Made by a program: the position numbers and the translations under genes
The notes under the pieces: model-generated
Database searches by the model: none
The model's input: the letters and a program-made list of their open reading frames with translations, nothing else
Told to the model about the DNA's origin: nothing
Shown here: one piece after another, positions 55,321 through 64,000 of the stretch
Position numbering within the stretch: the stretch's first letter is position 1
Layout of the letters: the number at the start of each line of letters is the position of its first letter
NCBI GenBank assembly: GCA_016186765.1
Contig: JACPLD010000002.1
Coordinates: 35,272-99,271, forward strand
From: Candidatus Kaiserbacteria bacterium
GTDB taxonomy: Bacteria; Patescibacteriota; Minisyncoccia; Phycocordibacterales; UBA2100
DNA: 64,000 nt
Direction of reading: 5' to 3'

Positions 55321-56208
55321 CTATAACCCTACTTGCGAGAATGTGAAGATGCTTCCGGCATCTTCGGGTGCAAACGAAACGCCGTATGCCGAAATGAGCG
55401 TTGCGAGCGAGACGTAATTCCTCACGTAGGCTTCTACCGCTGCGTTATATGCGAGCATGGCATTGAGTACCGCCTCGTCAGTATTTGCCTCTGGAACGGC
55501 AGAGAGTTTCGCGCCGAGCTCCCGGTAGCTTGCGGCCACCTTCTGGTGCGAGCTTACTATCTCAGAGGGTACTTCCATCTCGGCGAGTTGCTCTCCCACA
55601 TCCCCGAGCGCGCGCGCGAGTGAGAGGAGCACGGCATTTTTCTCAGGATCTTCTCTGTCTTCGAACTGGTCTTTGAGGATCTGCGGTGCGCTACGGTACA
55701 TGTCTTCGAACGACTGAATGTATAAGCCAGCCTCGTTGCCATAGTTGAAAAGCGCTTGCTGTGTGGGTGTCAGCTCCTCTCCCCTCGTCGACGTGCTTAT
55801 GAGGGTGAGCGGGATAAATGAGTACGCGTCGAGCGCGGGAGGAGCCGTGCTTCCATCACCCGCCGCGACACGTGGAGGAGCCGAGAGTAGTGCGACGAAT
55901 GCGTCGAAGTCGAAGTCGATCTCGCTTTGCGGTTGCGCGAGCGGAAGTTGTTCCGTTGCTGTCGTGTAGTAGAACGGAGGACCGCTCAGCACTTGCGTGT
56001 AGAGATTGTCTGCAGGGGTGGAGGGCAACTGCCTTACGCCGACGTTCGTCGGGTCGAAGAGGTTGCTCCCGACGCCGCCCCATGCGCGAATACCAGATGT
56101 CTGAGGGTTCACATCAGAGCGGTTTACGACGATAGTTCCGCCGATCACAAGTACAAGAATTGCACCCCCAAACGCGGCGATGTATGGGTGCGCGAAGAGC
56201 CAGGACAT
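55321..56208 (-). CDS. Membrane-anchored hypothetical protein, first gene of the T4SS-like operon
   Basis: N-terminal TM AAFGGAILVLVIGGTIVV. Confidence 0.4.
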   Translation of the reverse strand: MSWLFAHPYIAAFGGAILVLVIGGTIVVNRSDVNPQTSGIRAWGGVGSNLFDPTNVGVRQLPSTPADNLYTQVLSGPPFYYTTATEQLPLAQPQSEIDFDFDAFVALLSAPPRVAAGDGSTAPPALDAYSFIPLTLISTSTRGEELTPTQQALFNYGNEAGLYIQSFEDMYRSAPQILKDQFEDREDPEKNAVLLSLARALGDVGEQLAEMEVPSEIVSSHQKVAASYRELGAKLSAVPEANTDEAVLNAMLAYNAAVEAYVRNYVSLATLISAYGVSFAPEDAGSIFTFSQVGL

Positions 56209-56320
56209 AGGGTATAGGGTACAGGTGTTAGGTTATAGGGGCAATGCAGAGAGGTGAGTTTCTCCTAGAACCTGAAACCTAGAACCTGATCCCTGTGCAA
56301 AGAGTGATACAATTTTTCCC

Positions 56321-57274
56321 ATGACAGCGCGAGTTGTCTCAATTGCGACAATTGTCTTTGTCGTCAGTCTGTTGCCACTCTTTGCACACGCGTTTCCCTT
56401 TGGGGGCAGGGCCTCAATTGTCTTGCAGTGCGTATACAACTCCACGATCTACGTGAACCTCGGCCCGCCGCGCGGCGGCGAATTTATCTGGACGACGGGG
56501 ACGAAAACGTACCAGTTCGGTCCCCCGGCGCGCTCCGGCCAGTGGCTCTTGGGACTTGCCGGTGCTCCGTACTACTGTATCTACCGCATCTCTCCCCTCA
56601 CGATCTACACGGGCATCGCTATAACGATGATGGGTTCAAGCGGGCCCGGGGCTCCAGCAGCTCCGCCAACCCGCGGGCCGACTCCGCCCGCGCCCTCTCC
56701 GGCTCCGTCTCCCGCACCCTCGCCTGCTCCGGGTCCGACCCCGACCCCCACTCCGACTCCACCTCCGCCGCTCCCGTCCCCGAGCGCTTTGGGCAAAGTC
56801 GTGATAAGCGAGGTCTACGTGGCGGTCGATTCTGCTCACGGCACCAAGCCCTCGGGTGAATGGGTCGAGCTCTACAACGGTTCGGGCGCAATGATGGACG
56901 TGTCCGGATGGACATTGCGCGACGACTCAGCTACCTCGACGATCCCTTCGGGCACCACACTTGCTGCCGGCAGATTCCTCGTTATGTTTGCAAGTTCGGC
57001 TGCCAAGGCCTCTTGGAATGTTCCGACAGATGCCAAAACCGCTTCGCTCACAGGTATCATCGGCAACGGGCTCTCTTCCTCAGGCGACATCGTTACCTTG
57101 AGGAACGCTTCCGGAGCAACAATCGATGCTGTATCGTGGGGAACGAACACGAACGCTTTCAATCCGAGCGCTCCGGTCACGTCGACCGGCAACTCGCTCT
57201 CGCGTCTCAACCTCTCGCAGGATACCGATAGGGCGAGTGACTGGACTGTGCGGTCTCCCTCTCCGGGCAAGTAG
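56321..57274 (+). CDS. Secreted lamin-tail-domain (LTD) protein with a Pro/Ser/Thr linker
   Basis: Signal peptide; PAPSPAPSPAPSPAPGPTPTPTPTPPPP linker; LTD core VVISEVYVAV...EWVELYNGSGAMMDVSGWTLRDD. Confidence 0.65.
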   Translation: MTARVVSIATIVFVVSLLPLFAHAFPFGGRASIVLQCVYNSTIYVNLGPPRGGEFIWTTGTKTYQFGPPARSGQWLLGLAGAPYYCIYRISPLTIYTGIAITMMGSSGPGAPAAPPTRGPTPPAPSPAPSPAPSPAPGPTPTPTPTPPPPLPSPSALGKVVISEVYVAVDSAHGTKPSGEWVELYNGSGAMMDVSGWTLRDDSATSTIPSGTTLAAGRFLVMFASSAAKASWNVPTDAKTASLTGIIGNGLSSSGDIVTLRNASGATIDAVSWGTNTNAFNPSAPVTSTGNSLSRLNLSQDTDRASDWTVRSPSPGK

Positions 57275-57277
57275 TTT

Positions 57278-58084
57278 TCAGCTGCTAGCTGACAGCTGTT
57301 GCGTGAGACGTTTCCATTTCTCAAGCAGCACGTCTTCGGCGCGTGCGTCTTCGGGAATGCCGCAGTGCGCGAGTGCTTCAAGAGTTACAGACTTTGATAC
57401 GACCCTTGCAAGATTTCCCGAAAGAAGTTTGCGCTTTGATGCAAAGCCCATACGCACAACCTTGAAGAATGCGTCTTCATCGACATCCGAGAAAAAATCT
57501 CGCGAGACATTGTCGATAAGAAGAATGGCGGAATCCACTGATGGAGGCGGAGAAAAATTCCCGCGCGATACCGAAGCCACGACCTGCGGCGTGCCGTACG
57601 CTTTCACCGAAAGTGAGAGAACACTTTCCTTTCCGTCCCGCGTAACGATGCGCGCCGCGACCTCTTTTTGCACGAGAAGCGCGAGCGCGCGCGGCTGCGG
57701 ATCAGCTGTCAGGAACGACCGAATAATCTCCCCGGTGAGGTAGTACGGAATATTTGCGGCCAAGACGTACTTTTTTAGCTCTAATTTTTGCGGTGTGATA
57801 TTGCGGATGTCGTCAGCAACAAGCGTCAACTTTTTTTCGTCGATCTCTCGGGCAAACGTCGGCTTCAACTGTTTGATAAGTGTGTCGTCCTTCTCGACCG
57901 CAACAACGCGTGCCCCCGTTGCGAGTAATTCTTTCGTGAGCGCGCCCCTTCCCGGCCCGATCTCGAGTATGGTTTCATCTCCGCGAACACTGATCGACTT
58001 TACAAGCGCGCGAGCAGCCCACTGTCCCGTCAAAAAATGTTGTCCGAGGCGCGGGGCCCTTCTAGTGGATGGTTTCTTCCTCAT
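57278..58084 (-). CDS. rsmA: 16S rRNA (adenine1518/1519-N6)-dimethyltransferase
   Basis: LGQHFL, ILEIGPGRGALT, and NIPY motifs. Confidence 0.85.
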   Translation of the reverse strand: MRKKPSTRRAPRLGQHFLTGQWAARALVKSISVRGDETILEIGPGRGALTKELLATGARVVAVEKDDTLIKQLKPTFAREIDEKKLTLVADDIRNITPQKLELKKYVLAANIPYYLTGEIIRSFLTADPQPRALALLVQKEVAARIVTRDGKESVLSLSVKAYGTPQVVASVSRGNFSPPPSVDSAILLIDNVSRDFFSDVDEDAFFKVVRMGFASKRKLLSGNLARVVSKSVTLEALAHCGIPEDARAEDVLLEKWKRLTQQLSASS

Positions 58085-59954
58085 AGGTGCCGGCTCTATC
58101 GAGTGTTGCGTACTCCAAGAGTCGCGGATCGATGTCTTGGAGGAATTCTGAAGGGAGAGCTGTCTCGCGCGAGCCGTATTTCATGCGCGCGGAGGCGAAG
58201 GAGAGAAAGACGCGCTTGCGTGCGCGGGTGAGCGCGACGTAAAAAAGTCTCCGCTCCTCTTCCTCATCACGTCTCTCGTCTTCTCGCGTCGAAGGAAAGA
58301 GCTCCTGCTCAAGTCCCGTGATGAAGACCACATCGAATTCGAGGCCTTTGGATGCATGCGCAGTCATCAGCGATACCGCCTCGATGCTTTGGTCCACCTC
58401 GTCCTGCTCGCTCTGAAGTGCCGCCTCCTCGAGAAGTCGATCGATGCCGAGAGGCGGTGTTTCGAAATCAAATTTCACCGCAAGGTTCACGAGTTCGTGA
58501 ACGTTTTCCAGCCGCTCATTACCTCGTTCCGCTTCGTCTTTGAGGAGTTTTTCGAGGCCGCTTGCTTCGAGGGTAAAACGAACGGCCTCGGAGGTGGGCA
58601 AAGTTGTCGCGGCAGCGCCAATATCCCGCAGAACCTTCCGAAAATTCTCGACCTTCGCGCGCGCTCCGGCGGGAAAAGCGTGTTCTGCACCTGAAAATAG
58701 TTTCGCGAGTGTCGAGGGACCGATGCCTCGTGGAGGTACGGCGATGATGCGTGCGATATCGCTGCGGCTCTGCGGATTCAGCGCAGCGCGAAGGTACGAG
58801 AGTACATCTTTTACCTCCTTACGCTCAAAAAATCGTGTGCCGATAACTCGATACGGGAGACCTCGGTGCAGGAACGCTTCTTCAAGCGCGCGCGATTGGA
58901 AGTTTTCCCGGTACAAAACCGCGATCTTTGCAGGCGAAGTACCGGTCTCGATGAGCTCTGATGCATATTGGGCGACGAACCACGCTTCATCTGTCTCGTT
59001 GCGCGCGGGAAAGAGCAGGAGTGCCTCGCCCGTTTCGTTCTCGGTGAAGAGGGTTTTTGGCAGACGCTTCAGATTTTTTTCGATGACCAAGCCTGCTGCA
59101 GTAAGGATCGTGCGCGTCGAGCGGTAATTTTGCTCGAGCGTTACGACGCGTGTTCCGGGGAACGTTTTCTCAAAGGAGAGGAGGTATCCGATGTCAGCGC
59201 CGCGCCAGCTGTAGATGTTTTGGTCGATGTCGCCGACCACACAGATGTTGTTTCGCGGGGAGGCAAGCAGCGAGGCGATCTCATACTGCACACGGTTCGT
59301 GTCTTGGTACTCATCGATCGTAATGTGGACAAAACGCTCTCGAAGTCGCGCGAGTGTCTCGGGCGAGTCTCGCAGGAGGGAAAGCAATCGCACAAGGAGG
59401 TCGTCGAAGTCGAGCGCGCCTTCTTCCGAAAGTCGTTTTTCGTACTCCTCCCACGCTCGCGCGATGAGGCGCTCACGGAAATTCTTCGCCTCCGCTGCGT
59501 ATTCATTGGCGCGGATTGCATTGCCCTTCTCTCTCGAAAGGACGGCAAGTACGGCGCGCGACGGCATATCGCTACCGAGTGATTCGAGCACTTTCTTGAG
59601 GGTGCGGGTCGAATCGTCCCGATCCCAGATAGAGAAGCGCTCCGGTACCTTCGCCTCTCGGTGAAACTCCCGAAGCAGCCGTACGCCGAGCGAATGGAAG
59701 GTTGTCACGAGAGGTACTCCCCGAGCTTTCGGTACGAGAGAGAGCACCCGCTCCCGCATTTCTTGCGCAGCTTTGTTTGTGAACGTGAGGGCAAGAATCT
59801 CGCGGGCGGGTACACCACGCTGAAGGAGCCGACCGATACGGTGGGTGATGGTCTTCGTCTTCCCCGCCCCGGCACCGGCGATGATGAGAAGTGGTCCCTC
59901 AAAATGCTCCACGGCCTCTTTTTGCCTTTGGTTTAAGCCATTTTTGTCTTTCAC
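58062..59954 (-). CDS. UvrD/PcrA/Rep-family ATP-dependent DNA helicase
   Basis: LNQRQKEAVEHFEGPLLIIAGAGAGKT, the TFH motif, and the VALTRARKRV motif VI. The start is uncertain: GTG 59954 is used, and the maximal ORF reaches 60005. Confidence 0.85.
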   Translation of the reverse strand: MKDKNGLNQRQKEAVEHFEGPLLIIAGAGAGKTKTITHRIGRLLQRGVPAREILALTFTNKAAQEMRERVLSLVPKARGVPLVTTFHSLGVRLLREFHREAKVPERFSIWDRDDSTRTLKKVLESLGSDMPSRAVLAVLSREKGNAIRANEYAAEAKNFRERLIARAWEEYEKRLSEEGALDFDDLLVRLLSLLRDSPETLARLRERFVHITIDEYQDTNRVQYEIASLLASPRNNICVVGDIDQNIYSWRGADIGYLLSFEKTFPGTRVVTLEQNYRSTRTILTAAGLVIEKNLKRLPKTLFTENETGEALLLFPARNETDEAWFVAQYASELIETGTSPAKIAVLYRENFQSRALEEAFLHRGLPYRVIGTRFFERKEVKDVLSYLRAALNPQSRSDIARIIAVPPRGIGPSTLAKLFSGAEHAFPAGARAKVENFRKVLRDIGAAATTLPTSEAVRFTLEASGLEKLLKDEAERGNERLENVHELVNLAVKFDFETPPLGIDRLLEEAALQSEQDEVDQSIEAVSLMTAHASKGLEFDVVFITGLEQELFPSTREDERRDEEEERRLFYVALTRARKRVFLSFASARMKYGSRETALPSEFLQDIDPRLLEYATLDRAGTYEEETIH

Positions 59955-60351
59955 TCGAGCACTATAACATGGCGATGCGCAGCTATTGACAAATCGGTTA
60001 TCCACTCGCGAAATGTAGTATGAATTGACGCTGAAGCCTCTTTAAAGGTACAGTGAACAGGACGGTGGCATGACCGTTCATTCTTTCTGGCCTATCTCTC
60101 GTAATGGTGAGGTATAAAGCCAAGATTTGCTGTTTTTGCTGCGCCACCTCAAGAAACTGGCTTATTGTCTAGCGAAGCGAGCGAAGAGCAAAAGCGTGCC
60201 TTTGCTGTTCCGAGCGAGCGACGATAAAAGCCAATGAAATTGGCTTATCGAAGGTTCTCATACTAACGCTCCGGCGGGTCGGGAACGCCCGTCTGCGAGC
60301 CGACATACATCGTGGAAAACCGCTCGATCGGCGCGTGTTTCCTTTGGGAAG

Positions 60352-61356
60352 ATGGTCTCTCTTATCTCCCTTGTGATGCTCGTCGGTACAGTTCTGCCCG
60401 CCTCCGCGCGGGCAGCTTTTTTGGGCGACCTTTTTGCCTCGCTCCGAGGGAGCATAGAGGCGCACGAGGGACGAAGCGGGAGGAATCTGCAAACGCTCGA
60501 GCTTGCGAAGCCCGCAATGAACGTGGATCCACAGAGCGGTCGCGGTGGTGGCGATATCGTCGTCGTCGACGGCTCGGCGCTCATGCCTGAAGAAGGGCCG
60601 TCGGGTACTATCGCTGATATCGAGAAACCCAAAAATTCTACGATCAGCATCTACGTCGTGCGCACGGGAGATACGCTCGGGAGAATAGCCGAGATGTTTG
60701 ATGTCTCGGTAAATACGATTCTTTGGGCAAACGACCTGCCCCGCGCCTCTCAAATCAAGGTCGGGCAAGTGCTAACGATCCTTCCGGTGACAGGCATCAA
60801 GTACACGGTCAAGAAGGGAGATACGCTTGCCTCTATAGCGAAGCGCTACGGCGGAGACGCGAACGAGATCGCAAGCTACAACGGCATCGAGGGGCCGCTT
60901 ACGGCGGGTCTTGAGATCATCATTCCCGACGGTGAGGTATCCGCACCTGCGCCGACGCCGAGACGCGCGACGCCCACGTATGGTACCTCTGCCGGCACAC
61001 CTTCTCAGGTCGGCTACTACCTCCGCCCCATAGCGGGTGGCATCCGCAGTCAGGGCATTCATGGTTACAATGGCGTCGACCTCGCCGCTCCACTGGGGAC
61101 CCCTGTCGTTGCTTCCGCGGAGGGTGACGTGATCGTCGCGAAGAGAACGGGATGGAACGGTGGGTATGGGCAGTACGTCGTGATACAGCACGCAAATGGC
61201 AGCCAGACGCTTTACTCACATAATTCGAGCGTCATCGTTTCGGTGGGACAGCACGTGCAGCAAGGACAGGTCATTGCCTACGTCGGGCAATCCGGCAAGG
61301 CCACAGGAGCGCACGTGCACTTTGAGATCCGCAATGGCATTCGCAATCCGTTCTAA
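60352..61356 (+). CDS. Secreted M23-family metallopeptidase with two LysM domains
   Basis: Signal peptide, two YVVRTGDTL/YTVKKGDTL LysM repeats, and the M23 signatures H.Y.G.D plus HVHFEIR. Confidence 0.8.
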   Translation: MVSLISLVMLVGTVLPASARAAFLGDLFASLRGSIEAHEGRSGRNLQTLELAKPAMNVDPQSGRGGGDIVVVDGSALMPEEGPSGTIADIEKPKNSTISIYVVRTGDTLGRIAEMFDVSVNTILWANDLPRASQIKVGQVLTILPVTGIKYTVKKGDTLASIAKRYGGDANEIASYNGIEGPLTAGLEIIIPDGEVSAPAPTPRRATPTYGTSAGTPSQVGYYLRPIAGGIRSQGIHGYNGVDLAAPLGTPVVASAEGDVIVAKRTGWNGGYGQYVVIQHANGSQTLYSHNSSVIVSVGQHVQQGQVIAYVGQSGKATGAHVHFEIRNGIRNPF

Positions 61357-61467
61357 CGTATGTCGGGCAACTTACTACAGGCAATTGTGCTTTTGATACG
61401 GATGTTTGTTTGATCAGCTCGCTCCTCGCTTGCTGGGGGTTTGTTTTTTTGTTAGTTTGAGGTAGTT

Positions 61468-62502
61468 GTGCCGAAACTCACTGTCGACGTTATTGTCGAT
61501 CTCCAATACGGAGATTGCGGCAAAGGCAAAGTTGCCCACCATCTTTGTGAGAGCGGAACCTACACGCATGTGCTTCGCTACAACGGTGGGGCGAACGCCG
61601 GCCACACCATCTTTCATAGGGGGAAAAAATTCATCACCCACCAGATCCCAGCCGGTGTTTTTTTTGGCATCAGGAGCGTCGTTGGCAATGGTTGCGTCCT
61701 TGATCCGATCCAGTTCTTCAACGAGCTGAAGACGCTCAAGGAGGGTGGCGTCGATACAAAAGATAAGGTGTTTGTTGCGGAGAACACGCACATTATCACG
61801 GAGGCGCATCGCGATGAAGATCGCCGCGAGGGAGTGCGCATAGGTACCACCGGGCGCGGGAACGGTCCCGCGTATCGCGAGAAGTACGGTCGCACAGGAG
61901 TGCGCGCGGCTGATGTACCCGAGTTGAAGCCATATCTCGTCAATGTATATGACGAGTGGTATGGGCTCTTCGACAAAGCTCAGGGTAAACGGAAGAACGT
62001 GCGCATTCTTGCCGAGGGCGCGCAGGGCTTCGGCCTCGATATCGACTGGGGCGATTACCCGTACGTCACCTCGTCGCACTGTACGACGGCTGGCGTGCTT
62101 TTGAATGGGCTTCCGCCGCAGGCGGTGGGGAGCGTGTGGGGAGTTGCAAAGGTGTACGAAACGTACGTGGGGAGCAAAAAATTCCAACCTGATGGTGATG
62201 TGTTCAACAAGATTGCCGATGTGGGCGAGGAATTTGGCGCGACCACCGGCCGGCGGCGTCAGACGAACTGGATGAATATGCAAACGCTCGAGCGCGCGAT
62301 CCGCATCAATGGCGTTACGCACATTGTGCTCAATAAGGTCGACGTTTTGCGTGCGGTAAAGCAGTGGGCTCTGTACGATAAGGAGAGGAAAGTTGAGTTC
62401 AAGGGTGAAAAGGAAATGAAAGCCTTTATCACCGAGCGTCTCAACAAACTCGGCCTTTCCGAACACACTATTTTTTTCTCGGAGAGCAGGGAACGAATTT
62501 GA
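61468..62502 (+). CDS. purA: Adenylosuccinate synthetase
   Basis: DLQYGDCGKGKV, NGGANAGHT, and GTTGRGNGPAY; GTG start. Confidence 0.85.
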   Translation: MPKLTVDVIVDLQYGDCGKGKVAHHLCESGTYTHVLRYNGGANAGHTIFHRGKKFITHQIPAGVFFGIRSVVGNGCVLDPIQFFNELKTLKEGGVDTKDKVFVAENTHIITEAHRDEDRREGVRIGTTGRGNGPAYREKYGRTGVRAADVPELKPYLVNVYDEWYGLFDKAQGKRKNVRILAEGAQGFGLDIDWGDYPYVTSSHCTTAGVLLNGLPPQAVGSVWGVAKVYETYVGSKKFQPDGDVFNKIADVGEEFGATTGRRRQTNWMNMQTLERAIRINGVTHIVLNKVDVLRAVKQWALYDKERKVEFKGEKEMKAFITERLNKLGLSEHTIFFSESRERI

Positions 62503-62904
62503 ATGTTACGAGCTTATGCACACCACGCGGTTGCATTTATACAAAACATGTGGGATAGTCTTTCCATGTCAAAGGAGAAATCATCGATGCGGAACGACCT
62601 TGCACGCGAGCGTACGGAATTAGCAAATCAGCGCACACTTCTCGCCTACGGCCGCACGTCGCTCGGGCTCTTTGCAGTGGCGATCTTCGTTTTTAGATTC
62701 GCGAGTACTGATACTGCTCGCATACTCGGGCCTCTTTCTCTGACGGCCGCTCTCTTTGTCATGTTGTGGGGTCTTTGGAGCTTCCGAAGTACGTCCGAGC
62801 GAGTTAATGGAAAGCCAAAAAGGAAGGGTGGCGTGTTCCGCTCACTCAGTATCTTGTCGCGCCTCATGCTCGCTCCTCGTAGACATACTGACGATATCGA
62901 TTGA
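62503..62904 (+). CDS. DUF202/YidH-like small membrane protein
   Basis: RNDLARERTELANQRTLLAYGRTSLGL followed by two TM helices. Confidence 0.5.
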   Translation: MLRAYAHHAVAFIQNMWDSLSMSKEKSSMRNDLARERTELANQRTLLAYGRTSLGLFAVAIFVFRFASTDTARILGPLSLTAALFVMLWGLWSFRSTSERVNGKPKRKGGVFRSLSILSRLMLAPRRHTDDID

Positions 62905-62918
62905 TCATTTTTTGGCTG

Positions 62919-64000
62919 TCAGAATTCCCGTGCTCGGTATTGGAGCGCCTCTAACATGTGTATCGGCTCGATTGTCTCGCTTCCGGCGAGGTCAGCGACG
63001 GTGCGCGCGAGTTTAATGGTGCGGTGATAGCCGCGCGGCGAGAGTTTCATTTGTCGCGCCGCTCCTATGAGTGCGGCTTCGGCTTTATCGGAGAGTCTTG
63101 CGAGCGTTTCGATATGCTTCGGCTTCATGTCGGCGTTCGTGAATATCGCGGTACCTTTGAAACGGTCGCGTTGTCTCTTTCGCGCCCCTGCAATTGCTTC
63201 CCGCGAGGCTTTCGTTTGGGTTTCTCTACCTGCTCTATACTTTCTGTTCACTGTTAGCTGCTCTGGCGGCATCTCGCCGACGTGTACCCACATGTCGATG
63301 CGGTCTGCAACGGGTCCCGATATCTTGCGGCGGTACTTATCTATTGCGTACGGCAAGCACTTGCACCTTGCGCCTCCCCAAAAGCCGCAGGGACACGGAT
63401 TCAAAGCCGCGATGAGCATGAAGTTCGCGGGAAATGTGACCGAGCCTTTTGCGCGCGAAATGGAGACGACCCTGTCTTCTAAGGGCTCGCGCAGGGCATT
63501 TATGACGTCGCGGTGGAACTCGGGGAACTCGTCCGCAAAAAGGACGCCGCGGTGCGCGAGCGTCACTTCGCCCGGGCGGATGAGAGAGGATCCCCCGCCG
63601 ATGAGAGAGGCGTACGAAGAAGTGTGGTGCGGCGAGCGAAAAGGGGGCCTCTCCATAGGGCCGCCCGCGAGCGTCCCGGCGAGCGAATGGATCGTCGTTA
63701 CCTCGACCATCTCTTCTTCGGAGAGGTCGGGCAAGATTGCTGCGGTAGCCCGCGCGAGCAGGGTTTTGCCGGTGCCGGGCGGACCGTAGAGCGCGATGTT
63801 GTGGCCGCCGGAAGCGGCGATCACAAGCCCGCGCTTCGCATCCTCCTGCCCGCGTATCTCGTCGAGCGCGGCGTCATCTTGCATACCGCGGCGCACCCTC
63901 CGCACCCGTGGAATCTCTCTATGATCTCCATTTTCGAGCAGCGCAAGCAGGTGCTCGAGCGAAGCGACCGCATGGATCCGGAGGCCTGATACGAGCGATG
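62919..64000 (-). CDS. comM: YifB/ComM-family Mg-chelatase-like AAA+ ATPase (competence protein ComM); N-terminus beyond the window end
   Basis: GQEDAKRGLVIAASGGHNIALYGPPGTGKTLLA and the C-terminal Mg-chelatase domain. The frame stays open upstream of GTG 63905 to position 64000. Confidence 0.75.
   Translation of the reverse strand, partial: SLVSGLRIHAVASLEHLLALLENGDHREIPRVRRVRRGMQDDAALDEIRGQEDAKRGLVIAASGGHNIALYGPPGTGKTLLARATAAILPDLSEEEMVEVTTIHSLAGTLAGGPMERPPFRSPHHTSSYASLIGGGSSLIRPGEVTLAHRGVLFADEFPEFHRDVINALREPLEDRVVSISRAKGSVTFPANFMLIAALNPCPCGFWGGARCKCLPYAIDKYRRKISGPVADRIDMWVHVGEMPPEQLTVNRKYRAGRETQTKASREAIAGARKRQRDRFKGTAIFTNADMKPKHIETLARLSDKAEAALIGAARQMKLSPRGYHRTIKLARTVADLAGSETIEPIHMLEALQYRAREF

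Noticed and set aside
60169-60768. Minus-strand 199-aa ORF
   Set aside because: It overlaps the LysM/M23 peptidase and its leader in antisense, and is Arg-rich low-complexity typical of GC-rich antisense frames.
63067-63789. Plus-strand 240-aa ORF
   Set aside because: Antisense to comM.

Overview
This is a high-GC (about 60%) bacterial chromosomal window that spans the replication origin. dnaN and dnaA sit on the minus strand, and rpmH-rnpA-yidC-jag sit on the plus strand immediately to the right of dnaA. Housekeeping genes are dense: polA, ruvA/B/C/X, uvrD, ksgA, purA, murE, class A PBP, rplS, rpsT, YebC, ComM, and seven tRNAs. A type IV pilus/competence set is also present (pilM-N-O, pilB, a prepilin). 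Gene content suggests a small-genome, surface-attached lineage, possibly Patescibacteria/CPR-like, though this is inference only. The features are a T4SS-like VirB2/B3/B4/B6 cluster, many hypothetical secreted proteins, free-standing LAGLIDADG genes, and a four-helix-bundle 'IVS' protein.

The most notable signals are as follows:
- A 13-kb, tightly packed T4SS-like operon (43.3-56.2 kb) sits head-on next to oriC.
- A RAYT (REP-associated tyrosine transposase) is inserted between yebC and ruvC and is flanked by perfect REP palindromes. A third REP copy lies 2.5 kb upstream, in an accessory patch that carries a RelE/ParE toxin-antitoxin pair and a secreted glutaredoxin.
- Two LAGLIDADG homing-endonuclease genes are fused end-to-end with tRNA-Ser and tRNA-Lys genes.
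- Two paralogous Cys-rich, poly-Pro secreted proteins share a C-terminal domain.
- Several previously unrecognisable intergenic repeat families are present: GAACAG heptads bracketing a four-helix-bundle gene, a CTATCTCACGGGGTA 15-mer, and a CTAGTGGCTATTGGCT palindromic element.

All functional calls rest on motif recognition by eye; no database search was possible.
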